Assembly: GCA_964595665.1 (NCBI GenBank) | Contig: CAZQQS010000003.1 | Span: forward strand, 1,135 to 33,134 | Reading direction: 5' to 3' | Length of the DNA stretch: 32,000 bases | Source of the DNA: an uncultured archaeon | Lineage (GTDB): Archaea > Iainarchaeota > Iainarchaeia > Iainarchaeales > 0-14-0-20-30-16 | Made by a program: the position numbers and the translations under genes | Part shown: positions 1 through 7,914 of the stretch, in pieces | Layout of the letters: every line of letters begins with the position of its first letter | How positions within the stretch are numbered: position 1 is the stretch's first letter | Notes under the pieces: generated by a model | Seen by the model: the letters and a program-made list of their open reading frames with translations, nothing else | Databases searched by the model: none | Told to the model about the DNA's origin: nothing

Positions 1-285
1 CCTAAAGAGAACAAAAAGAATGCTGGTTTTACTTTTGAAGAAAGAAATTGGTTTAATAGTTTTATTGAGAATTATATAGATACATTTAGAATTTTTAATA
101 CCACAAAAGGAAATTATACTTGGTGGGCTTATCGTAATAATTGTAGAGCTAAAAATATAGGTTGGCGTATTGATTATTTTATAGTATCAAAAATATTGGA
201 AAAGAATATAGAATCAAGTTTGATTTTAAAAGATGTTTTTGGTTCAGATCATTGTCCTATTGAATTAAAAACAAAACATATATAA
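1..285 (+). CDS. xth: Exodeoxyribonuclease III / AP endonuclease (Xth/ExoA family), C-terminal fragment; the 5' end lies outside the window
   Basis: Frame 1 is open from base 1 to TAA at 283-285. My translation ends ...NYTWWAYRNNCRAKNIGWRIDYFIVSKILEKNIESSLILKDVFGSDHCPIELKTKHI, which carries the GWRIDY...GSDHCP C-terminal signature of the exonuclease III family. Confidence 0.75.
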   Translation, partial: PKENKKNAGFTFEERNWFNSFIENYIDTFRIFNTTKGNYTWWAYRNNCRAKNIGWRIDYFIVSKILEKNIESSLILKDVFGSDHCPIELKTKHI

Positions 286-286
286 A
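279..286 (+). promoter_or_regulatory. TATA-box-like element (TATATAAA) for the 308..1249 gene; geometry suggests a leaderless mRNA
   Basis: TATATAAA is centred about 25 nt upstream of the ATG at 308. No Shine-Dalgarno lies in between. The element overlaps the xth stop codon. Confidence 0.35.
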
Positions 287-307
287 TAATAATTATGTAT
301 TTGTTGT

Positions 308-1249
308 ATGTTAAATAAGACACAAAGAATTTTAAAAGATATAAAAAGTTTAAAAGTTCAAGGTGCATCAAATGTTGCTTTTGCATGTCAAGATGCATTT
401 CTTTTTGAAGTTCAAAATTACAAAGGAAAAGATATATTAAAAGATTTTACAAATTTGGGGAAAGCTTTTTGGAAATCTCGAGATACTGAACCGGCGATGA
501 AGCACTTTATTTCAAAATTTTTAGTTTATTTAGAAAAGAATTTAAATGATAAAAAAAGAAAAGAAAAATTAATGGATTGGATTTGCGATTTTAAGAAACA
601 ACAAGTAAATGATATTTATACTTTAACGCATAATGTTAATAAATTACCAATTCATAAAAAAGTAGTAGTGTTTACTCATTGTCATTCATCAATAGTTGTA
701 AAATCAATTTTAGAATTACATAAATTAGGTAAATTAGATTTTGTTGTAAATACTGAAACAAGGCCTTTATTCCAAGGAAGAAAAACATCTAAAGATTTAA
801 TTAAGAAAGGAATTTTAGTTTATCATATTGTTGATTCATCAGTTTACGCTTATGCTAAAATGTTATTAAAAGAAGGTAAAAAAATTATTTTCTTTTCTGG
901 TGCAGATGTTATTACAAAAGATTTTAAATTGGTAAATAAAATTGGAACAAGTCAAATAAGTTTAGCAATGAATTCTTTAGGAATAAATCATTATGTATTT
1001 ACAACTTTAAATAAAATTGATCCTATAAGAACTTATAATACTTTGAAAGATGTTGAAATAAGAAGTGCAAAAGAAGTTTGGGATGAACGAGAATTAAAAA
1101 TATTAACACAAAATTTTGCATTTGATATTACTGAAAAAGAATTTATTTCAGGAATAGTAACAGAAAAAGGAATTTTAACATTAAGAAATTATAATCGATT
1201 TGTTAAAGTTAATTTAGATGAAAAAAAATATTGGAATTTATTTAGGTGA
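308..1249 (+). CDS. eIF-2B alpha/beta/delta-like family sugar-phosphate isomerase, probably ribose-1,5-bisphosphate isomerase
   Basis: 313-aa ORF with IF-2B family pattern: VFTHCHSSIVVKSIL, NTETRPLFQGRKTSKDL, FFSGADVITKDFKLVNKIGTSQISLAMN. The Cys (THCHS) and Asp (GADV) expected in the isomerase members are present. Its TGA (1247-1249) overlaps the downstream GTG and sits inside the AGGTGA Shine-Dalgarno of the AMP phosphorylase gene. The family call is solid. The R15P-specific call (versus MtnA or an aIF-2B subunit) rests on gene context. Confidence 0.65.
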   Translation: MLNKTQRILKDIKSLKVQGASNVAFACQDAFLFEVQNYKGKDILKDFTNLGKAFWKSRDTEPAMKHFISKFLVYLEKNLNDKKRKEKLMDWICDFKKQQVNDIYTLTHNVNKLPIHKKVVVFTHCHSSIVVKSILELHKLGKLDFVVNTETRPLFQGRKTSKDLIKKGILVYHIVDSSVYAYAKMLLKEGKKIIFFSGADVITKDFKLVNKIGTSQISLAMNSLGINHYVFTTLNKIDPIRTYNTLKDVEIRSAKEVWDERELKILTQNFAFDITEKEFISGIVTEKGILTLRNYNRFVKVNLDEKKYWNLFR

Positions 1250-1254
1250 AATGT

Positions 1255-2781
1255 ATGCAAAATTATAGTTTAGATTTACGAGTACAATATTTAGATATGG
1301 AAACTCCTGCTTTAATTAGTATTATGAATGAGATTGATGCTAAAGAGTTGGGTGTTGGTCCAGAAGATAGAATTGTTTTAAAAAATCCTTTAACAAATGA
1401 GTTTACAGTATCTGTTGTAGATATTTCTAAAAATATTATTCCTAAAGGAACAATAGGTATAACAAATTCTATAAAAAAAGAATTTAATTTAGAAGGTGTG
1501 CAAAAATTAAATGTATCTCAATCTACTAAACCAAGAAGTTTTTCGTATATTTCAAAAAAGATTGCGGGAAAAGAATTAACTAAAGAAGAAATGAAAGAGT
1601 TAGTTGAAGATATTAAACATAACAAATTATCTTCAATAGAATTAACTGCTTTTGTTACAGCTGTTAAAATTAATAATTATACTGATCAAGAAACTTATGC
1701 TATGGCAAAATATATTGCTGATTCAGGATCAAAATTAAATTTAAATGTTGATGGAATAATTGTTGATAAACATTCTATTGGTGGAATAAATGGACGAGCT
1801 ACTATGTTAGTTGTTCCAATAATTTCTTGTTTTGATGAATTATATATGCCAAAAACAAGTTCTAGAGCTATAACATCTCCTGCGGGAACTGCAGATGCGA
1901 TGGAAGTTTTAGCAGATGTAAATTTAGATGCTAAAAGATTTAAAGAGGTTGTTGAAAAAACTCATGGTGCAGTTGTTTGGGGTGGGGCTTTTGATTTTGC
2001 GCCTGTAGATGATAAAATAATTAAAATTGAAAGACCTTTAAGAATTGATCCTCAAGGCCAAGTTATAGCTTCTGTTTTATCAAAAAAATTATGTGTTGGT
2101 GCACAAAAAGTAGTTATTGATTTACCTGTTGGAAAAGAAATGAAAGTAAAAACTATTGAAGAGGCTGAAAAAGTTGCTCGAAGATTTGTTACTGTTGGAA
2201 AAGAATTAGGTATGGATGTTCGAGGTATAATAACAAATGCAAATTCCCCTTGTGGTGATGCTTTTGGCCCGGCTTTAGAAGCAAAATATGTTTTAGAAAC
2301 TTTAGAAGGTAAAAGAGAAGATAACTTAGCTGGAAAAGCTTGTGAATTAGCAGGTATAATTTTAGAAATGACTAATCAAGTTGAAAAAGGTAAAGGTACT
2401 AAAAAAGCAAAAGAAATATTACATAGTGGTAAAGCATTGAAAAAATTTAAACAAATTATTGCTGAGCAAGGAAAATTAATTGATAAATCTGAAAATGTTG
2501 TTTTAGGACAATATGTTTATGAATTTTTAGCTCAAAATGATGGATACATACAAGAATTAAGTGTTTTTGATTTTACAAGTGTTGCATTAAGTGCTGGAGC
2601 ACCATTTGATAAGGGTGCTGGAGTATTGTTAAATGTTAGACCAAATCAAAGCATAAAAAAAGATGATGTTTTATTTAGAATTTATGCAAACAACAAAGAC
2701 AAATTAAATTTTGCAGTTGATTTAGCAAATAAATTAAAACCAATTAAATTCGAAGAAATAGTTTTAGAAGAAATTTATTAA
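1255..2781 (+). CDS. deoA: AMP phosphorylase (thymidine/pyrimidine-nucleoside phosphorylase family with an N-terminal extension)
   Basis: The ORF track gives 1246..2781 with a GTG start. I prefer ATG 1255 because AGGTGA (1244-1249) lies 5 nt upstream. Family motifs: VDKHSIGGINGRATMLVVPII, TSSRAITSPAGTADAMEVL, VWGGAFDFAPVDDKII. A roughly 90-aa N-terminal extension and a length near 510 aa fit archaeal AMP phosphorylase better than the roughly 440-aa thymidine phosphorylases. Confidence 0.75.
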   Translation: MQNYSLDLRVQYLDMETPALISIMNEIDAKELGVGPEDRIVLKNPLTNEFTVSVVDISKNIIPKGTIGITNSIKKEFNLEGVQKLNVSQSTKPRSFSYISKKIAGKELTKEEMKELVEDIKHNKLSSIELTAFVTAVKINNYTDQETYAMAKYIADSGSKLNLNVDGIIVDKHSIGGINGRATMLVVPIISCFDELYMPKTSSRAITSPAGTADAMEVLADVNLDAKRFKEVVEKTHGAVVWGGAFDFAPVDDKIIKIERPLRIDPQGQVIASVLSKKLCVGAQKVVIDLPVGKEMKVKTIEEAEKVARRFVTVGKELGMDVRGIITNANSPCGDAFGPALEAKYVLETLEGKREDNLAGKACELAGIILEMTNQVEKGKGTKKAKEILHSGKALKKFKQIIAEQGKLIDKSENVVLGQYVYEFLAQNDGYIQELSVFDFTSVALSAGAPFDKGAGVLLNVRPNQSIKKDDVLFRIYANNKDKLNFAVDLANKLKPIKFEEIVLEEIY

Positions 2782-2826
2782 AGAATATCTTTTAAAACTT
2801 AATTAGGAAAATAAAAAATTAAAAAG

Positions 2827-2851
2827 AAAAGATTCTAACCAAGAATCTTTT
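2827..2851. terminator. Perfect 10-bp stem / 5-nt loop hairpin between the convergent deoA-like and tbp genes
   Basis: AAAAGATTCT (2827-2836), AACCA, AGAATCTTTT (2842-2851). It spans the tbp stop codon (2835-2837) and has A/T runs on both sides. Archaeal termination mainly needs oligo-T, so the function is uncertain. Confidence 0.35.
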
Positions 2852-3377
2852 TGATTTTAGCTATTGCATCTACAATATCTTTTTCGTTTTTAGCTCCAGC
2901 ACAAATCATTTTTCCGTTTTTGAAAAGTAATAAGCTTACGTTAGGATCATATAATCTAACTATTGCCCCAGGGAATTGTTCTGGTTCATATTCAACATTA
3001 TCTAATTTTGTTGCTAAACTAAATAAATCAATTTTCAAATCTAATTGTGCATTGGCAACTAAATTTACAATTCTATATTCGGGCTTAGTAGGTATTTTTA
3101 TACCAGGAGTTATATCTTTTAATAATTTACAAGTGTTAATGATTCCTTTTGAAATATCGCTTTCTTTTTGTGCTCCAGCACAATTGATTTTTCCATTTTT
3201 AAAAAGAGTTATAGTCATTCGAGGTTCGTCTAATCGCATAATAGCTCCAGGGAATTGTTCTGGCTCATATTCTACGCTTGGCAATGAAACTGCTATGTTA
3301 AATAAATCTAAATTAGTTTCTAAATTACTAACTGCTACTAAATTCACAATTGTATAATCTTTTTTTGGACTATTCAA
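2835..3377 (-). CDS. tbp: TATA-box binding protein (TBP)
   Basis: 180 aa with two tandem TBP repeats, each carrying IVNLVA...VEYEPEQFPGAI.RL...LFKNGK..CAGA. TTG start at 3375-3377, preceded by AGGTGA (reverse complement of 3383-3388) with a 4-nt spacer. No in-frame ATG lies near the expected N-terminus. Confidence 0.95.
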   Translation of the reverse strand: MNSPKKDYTIVNLVAVSNLETNLDLFNIAVSLPSVEYEPEQFPGAIMRLDEPRMTITLFKNGKINCAGAQKESDISKGIINTCKLLKDITPGIKIPTKPEYRIVNLVANAQLDLKIDLFSLATKLDNVEYEPEQFPGAIVRLYDPNVSLLLFKNGKMICAGAKNEKDIVDAIAKIKKILG

Positions 3378-3485
3378 AAAATCACCTTTAAAAGTTTTAC
3401 TGCTTTATATACTTACTTATAAAAGAATAATAGAAACATTTATAAACACGCCCTATATATTTATATATTTATTAAAGGTGGTAAT

Positions 3486-4391
3486 ATGTTTGATGGTGAT
3501 CAAGGAGCTTCAATGCCCGATGTAGGTGGGGATTTTGAACCCAAAAAGAGTTTTTTTCAAAAGATTTTCTCAAAGAGTGAAACAGCTATTCCTGTAGTAT
3601 TAATTGTTATACTTTTAATTATACTAGTTTTAGCTTTTAGTGGTTGGGATTATTCAAGTACTCCTATAATTGGGGGTGCATTAAAAGAATTGTTTGGTGT
3701 AAAACAATATAATGTTTTGGTAATTGGAAAACCATCACAAGTAAGTTTAAACATGTTAAACAAACCTGATTTTAGAAAGAAATATACTCCTATTTTTAGA
3801 GATGAAGAGACAATGCAAATGAATCCAGAGAATTATTTGAAAAACTATGATTTCATAATTTTGGATCAAAGTGATTCTGGTACTCAAATGGGTATGTCTG
3901 GTTCAATTCCATATCAATTAGCTCAAGCTTTAATACAATATGTTAAATCTGGTAAGAGTTTAATAATTGTTGGTAATTCAGGACATGTTGCTCCAGATTA
4001 TCAAGATGGTTATGGTTATCAAGCATTATTTCAAGGAATATCTCCTGTAACTTGTGATAAAAGTTTAGTTTATAGTAGGCCTTGTGAACAATCAGCAGTA
4101 AAATTATCAATTTTACAAAATACTCAACAATTGAATATATTTGGAGAAATAAACCAAGTTCCTGAACAAGTATTTATAGATGCTGGAACTCCTGGAATTA
4201 ATTTAACTCACTATGATGTTGCAATGTCAAAGGGTTCTGAGTTATTTACTTTAAGAGATGTAAGAACTGGAAAATATCATACTGGTATAGCTATGAGTAA
4301 ATCTGGTTTAGGAAAAGTAATTTATATTTCTTTTAAAGAATATGGTCATTTTCCAAGTATAATGCAAATCTTATTCAAGTATTTGGTATAA
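3486..4391 (+). CDS. Hypothetical N-terminally membrane-anchored protein (single TM, then an alpha/beta-looking extracytoplasmic domain)
   Basis: 301-aa ORF. AGGTGG (3476-3481) lies 4 nt before the ATG. TM segment AIPVVLIVILLIILVLAF. No family motif that I can name with confidence. Confidence 0.55.
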   Translation: MFDGDQGASMPDVGGDFEPKKSFFQKIFSKSETAIPVVLIVILLIILVLAFSGWDYSSTPIIGGALKELFGVKQYNVLVIGKPSQVSLNMLNKPDFRKKYTPIFRDEETMQMNPENYLKNYDFIILDQSDSGTQMGMSGSIPYQLAQALIQYVKSGKSLIIVGNSGHVAPDYQDGYGYQALFQGISPVTCDKSLVYSRPCEQSAVKLSILQNTQQLNIFGEINQVPEQVFIDAGTPGINLTHYDVAMSKGSELFTLRDVRTGKYHTGIAMSKSGLGKVIYISFKEYGHFPSIMQILFKYLV

Positions 4392-4417
4392 CCAAATACT
4401 TATTCTTTTATTTTTTT
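4381..4417 (+). terminator. Hairpin plus oligo-T after the 3486..4391 gene
   Basis: ATTTGGT (4381-4387) pairs with ACCAAAT (4391-4397), with the stop codon in the loop region. A T-rich tract follows, including T7 at 4411-4417. Confidence 0.4.
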
Positions 4418-4437
4418 AATGCTTTCTAAGGGATAAT

Positions 4438-5496
4438 ATGTTTGAAATTAGTTTATTCTTACTTTATAATAATATTAACTGGCCTAATTGGTTAGTTTTT
4501 TTAATTAATGCTGTTGGTTTTTTTGTTATAATTAAAATAATTTATATGTTATTGAAAGTAGTAATTAGACAATTTACTAAAAGAACTAAAACTACCTTTG
4601 ATGATGATTTGTTAAAAGTTTTAGAATATCCTTTATTGATTGCGTTATCTGTTATTTTTATCTTGTCTTCTATAAGTGTTTTTGCTTTTAGTGAGACTAT
4701 TTTAAATGTAATTAATAAATTAGGAAAAAGTATATTAGTAATAATTGGAACTTGGTTTATTTATTCTTTAATTGGAATAATATACAAACATATTTTATTA
4801 CCATTTTCTAAGAAAAGCAAATCTAATTTAGATGATCAGATTTTTCCAATTGTTAGAAAAGTATTAAGAATAATTATATTTATATTAGCTGGAATTTATA
4901 TTTTAGATATATTTGGGATAAATATTACTCCTTTATTAGCAGGAGTGGGTATAGGAGGTTTAGCTTTAGCATTTGCTGCACAAAAGGTTTTAGCAGATGT
5001 TTTTGGAGGTATATCTCTATTATTAGATGAAGCTTATTTTATAGGAGATAGAATAAAGGTAGCTGACTTAATTGGAACAGTAGTAGATATTGGTTTGAGA
5101 AGTACTAAAATTAAAACATTTGATAATAATGTTGTAACTGTGCCAAATAGTGTTATTGCAAATAGTAATATTGAGAATTTTAATAGCATCTCTAAAGAGT
5201 TTGCTGTAAGATTTACATTAGGTATTACTTATAATACTTCTATAAAGAAAGTAGAATTAGCTAAAAAAATAATTGCTAAATGTATTAAGTCTAATAAATA
5301 TGTTATTAATGAGCCTACAATTACATTTAATACTTTTAATAATTCATCATTAGATTTATATATATCCTTTACTATAGATAATTATTCTAATAAATTAGAA
5401 GCTGTTGATGATATAAATACAAAAATCAAAACAGAATTTGATAAAAATAAAATAGAGTTTGCTTTCCCTACGCAAACAATATATCTTGCAAAGTGA
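4438..5496 (+). CDS. mscS: Small-conductance mechanosensitive channel, MscS family
   Basis: 352 aa with N-terminal TM helices and the MscS core AFAAQKVLADVFGGISLLLDEAYFIGDRIKV...GTVVDIGLRSTKIKTFDNNVVTVPNSVIANSNIENF. Confidence 0.85.
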   Translation: MFEISLFLLYNNINWPNWLVFLINAVGFFVIIKIIYMLLKVVIRQFTKRTKTTFDDDLLKVLEYPLLIALSVIFILSSISVFAFSETILNVINKLGKSILVIIGTWFIYSLIGIIYKHILLPFSKKSKSNLDDQIFPIVRKVLRIIIFILAGIYILDIFGINITPLLAGVGIGGLALAFAAQKVLADVFGGISLLLDEAYFIGDRIKVADLIGTVVDIGLRSTKIKTFDNNVVTVPNSVIANSNIENFNSISKEFAVRFTLGITYNTSIKKVELAKKIIAKCIKSNKYVINEPTITFNTFNNSSLDLYISFTIDNYSNKLEAVDDINTKIKTEFDKNKIEFAFPTQTIYLAK

Positions 5497-5505
5497 GGTG
5501 TTTTT

Positions 5506-5820
5506 ATGGGTAAGAAAGAAATTGAAGAAATGATATTAAAATTACAAAGGACAGGCCAATTAGATAAATCTAGATGGTTAGAAACTATGGATCAAAGAAT
5601 TCCACCTTCATTTAAGAAAAGAATAGTTGAAAATGATAAAACTGTTTTAAGAGAATTAATCATGCCTAATTGGGTTACTTGGGAATTTTTAAGAGAATGG
5701 GCTTTAGATGATGTTAAAAGATTAAATTGTAGTGCCTGCGGAAAAGTAACTGACGATTTCACAAACTTTAAACAAGTTAGTTTGTGTTCAGAATGCTTAG
5801 AGACTTTAAAACAGATGTGA
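5506..5820 (+). CDS. Hypothetical small protein with a C-terminal CxxC...CxxC zinc-ribbon-like motif
   Basis: 104 aa. GAGGTG (5495-5500, overlapping the mscS stop) lies 5 nt before the ATG. C-terminus: CSACGKVTDDFTNFKQVSLCSEC. Confidence 0.5.
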   Translation: MGKKEIEEMILKLQRTGQLDKSRWLETMDQRIPPSFKKRIVENDKTVLRELIMPNWVTWEFLREWALDDVKRLNCSACGKVTDDFTNFKQVSLCSECLETLKQM

Positions 5821-5822
5821 TT

Positions 5823-7415
5823 ATGTTAAAAAAAACTATTTTCACAATCTTTTTTATTTTCTTATTTATTACTCTAAGCAATAGTGTTTTTTCTAATTCT
5901 ATAAATTATGAGATATCTACAGATTTGCCTGTTAAAGACCCATATTATGTTGGGACTTTAGTTAAAGATTTATCTATTTCATTTGTAGATTCTTCAAATA
6001 TTTTAATAAAAGAAGATTACAATTCTTTAAAAGTTAAATTAGGATTAGAAGAATATTTATTTTTAAAAGAAAAGGATAATAAATATCATTTGAGGAATTT
6101 TTATATTCAAAGTAATTTTATAATAAATAATAGATTTGCAATTGATATAAAAACGCCTACAGAAGGATATTCCAATACTAAAAAGAGTTATGCTATAAGA
6201 GACATATCAAATAATTTAATATTAAAGAATAATCCTGAATTACAATTTTCTAAACTAACTGTTAATGAGAAAATACAATTATACTTAGAATTTGAATCTA
6301 TAAAAGATATTTCTAATATGACTTGTTTTATTAGTTATAACAATTCTAAGAGCAATTTAAATTGTAATAGAACTGTTTGTTCCATAAATTTTTTAGTTCC
6401 GGAAGAATTAAAAGAAATAAATTTTATTTGTAATTATGATAAAACTGTAGATGATGTAAAAACTAAATATCCATTTATTTTAACTATTAATCCAGAATTA
6501 TCAAAAGGTATATATATTAAAGAGATTATTAATCCAGAAGATAGAGTTATAAAAAATCCTTTTGAAGTTTGTTTTAATATTTATTATAAAAGTAACAGAT
6601 TATTAAAAGATTATTATGAGATAGATTTATTTGTAAATAATGTTAGCACAAACTTTTATGATAAAGGAAATAATTATTGTTTTACTAAGTTTTTATTTCC
6701 ATTTTCTAATTTAGATTTAGATTTAGTTTTATTATTTGATGATTCAGAATATTATTTTGAATATGATGAAAAACTAAAACCAGGTTTATTTTGGATTATT
6801 TTATTTATAATTGTAATTGGGTTTATAATTATTAATATAATTTTAATAATAAGAAGTATAACTTCTAAAGAAGATTTGAATTCTTTAGTTGATAAAAGAG
6901 ATGCATACCAAACAAGATTAAAATTAGTTAAAGATAAATATTTGCAAGGGAATTTAGATAAAAGAGAATTTGAAAAAAGTTTACAAGAATATACTATTAA
7001 GATTTCTTGGTTAAATGAACAAATATTAAGATTAAGAAAAGAGGATAAATTTAAAGCACCAAAATTTGTTCCTAAAACTCAAGATTCAAAACAAGCTCCT
7101 CAAGAATTATTAAATGCTTTAAATACAAATGAAAATATTTATGACAATAAAGAATTATTTGTTGAAGAAACAGATGTTAATGTAAATGCAAAGCCAACGT
7201 TCTATAGTAAAATAAAAGATTGGTTTAAGAATCTAAAAGAAAAATTAAATAAACCTAAACAAGAAAAAAAGAAAAAAGAGAATAAAGATTTAGAGGATAT
7301 CTTTGCTAAAAAGGATTTGGATAATTTAGATAAAAATGTAGATTTGGATTTAAAGATCAATTCTAATGAGAATGATTTGGAAAATGAATTTGATATTAGA
7401 AAATGGCAAAAATAA
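5823..7415 (+). CDS. Hypothetical type I membrane protein: signal peptide, Cys-containing ectodomain, one TM, cytoplasmic coiled-coil/low-complexity tail with a SHOCT-like motif
   Basis: The track ORF starts at 5784, but that overlaps the upstream gene. ATG 5823 gives MLKKTIFTIFFIFLFITLSNSVFS, a signal peptide. TM: LFWIILFIIVIGFIIINIILII. Motif KYLQGNLDKREFEKSLQEY at 6936-6992. K/E/D/N-rich C-terminus. Confidence 0.6.
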   Translation: MLKKTIFTIFFIFLFITLSNSVFSNSINYEISTDLPVKDPYYVGTLVKDLSISFVDSSNILIKEDYNSLKVKLGLEEYLFLKEKDNKYHLRNFYIQSNFIINNRFAIDIKTPTEGYSNTKKSYAIRDISNNLILKNNPELQFSKLTVNEKIQLYLEFESIKDISNMTCFISYNNSKSNLNCNRTVCSINFLVPEELKEINFICNYDKTVDDVKTKYPFILTINPELSKGIYIKEIINPEDRVIKNPFEVCFNIYYKSNRLLKDYYEIDLFVNNVSTNFYDKGNNYCFTKFLFPFSNLDLDLVLLFDDSEYYFEYDEKLKPGLFWIILFIIVIGFIIINIILIIRSITSKEDLNSLVDKRDAYQTRLKLVKDKYLQGNLDKREFEKSLQEYTIKISWLNEQILRLRKEDKFKAPKFVPKTQDSKQAPQELLNALNTNENIYDNKELFVEETDVNVNAKPTFYSKIKDWFKNLKEKLNKPKQEKKKKENKDLEDIFAKKDLDNLDKNVDLDLKINSNENDLENEFDIRKWQK

Positions 7416-7441
7416 TATAAATATGATTGTGTGTGATATAT

Positions 7442-7642
7442 ATGGCTTTTAAGGACTTTATGAAGAAGTTAGTTCCAAAAATAGGGAAAGAAGAAGAAAA
7501 AGTAGAAGAAACTATTTCGGAAGATGCTTCTGAAAAATGTGCTTTTTGTCAGGGCGAGAATCCTGATAAAAAATGGTTAGGCCAAAAATGGCATAATAAT
7601 TGTTTAAGAAAAGCAAAAAAGATGGCTAAGAAGGCATTATAA
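7442..7642 (+). CDS. Hypothetical small basic protein with a CxxC...HxxC metal-binding motif
   Basis: The track ORF starts at TTG 7427. ATG 7442 gives MAFKDFMKK.... Motif: CAFCQGENPDKKWLGQKWHNNC, followed by the basic tail RKAKKMAKKAL. Confidence 0.4.
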   Translation: MAFKDFMKKLVPKIGKEEEKVEETISEDASEKCAFCQGENPDKKWLGQKWHNNCLRKAKKMAKKAL

Positions 7643-7914
7643 TGTTTTGGAAAAATTTATATGATTCAATATCAAGGCTATTTGATAATTTATGGAAGTT
7701 TGCAGGTAAAACTACATCCATATTAGTTGCATTTGTATTTATCGTTTTTTCTTTGGGAACTTTGTTTGGGTATTTTATAGCATTATCTTCTAATTTAAGA
7801 CCTGAAATGACTTTTTTATTGTTAATACCCCCAATATTAGGAATATTTTCATATTATTATAGAACATTAGCAACATTATTATTTATTGTTTTTTTAATAA
7901 TAATTTTAATTTAA
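7642..7914 (+). CDS. Hypothetical small membrane protein (2 predicted TM helices)
   Basis: 90 aa. Its ATG overlaps the upstream TAA by 1 nt (TAATG). Hydrophobic stretches: ILVAFVFIVFSLGTLFGYFIAL and TLATLLFIVFLIIILI. The 3' end overlaps the valS 3' end by 9 nt. Confidence 0.4.
   Translation: MFWKNLYDSISRLFDNLWKFAGKTTSILVAFVFIVFSLGTLFGYFIALSSNLRPEMTFLLLIPPILGIFSYYYRTLATLLFIVFLIIILI

Noticed and set aside
2966-3272. Near-identical 26-nt DNA segments in the two tbp halves, as evidence of recent gene conversion
   Set aside because: Adjacent synonymous positions differ (GAA/GAG, GGG/GGA, GCA/GCT, ATA/ATT). The identity is therefore better explained by a constrained peptide plus narrow AT-biased codon choice.
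2851-3357. 168-aa + strand ORF lying entirely inside the tbp gene
   Set aside because: It is a shadow ORF antisense to a high-confidence TBP gene. Its internal repeat (IAPGNCSGSYSTL, twice) only mirrors the TBP duplication. It has no Shine-Dalgarno or promoter.
5784-5822. Upstream extension of the 543-aa ORF (start at 5784)
   Set aside because: It overlaps the end of the preceding gene by 37 nt and adds a non-signal leader (MFRMLRDFKTDVI). ATG 5823, 2 nt after the upstream stop, yields a clean signal peptide.
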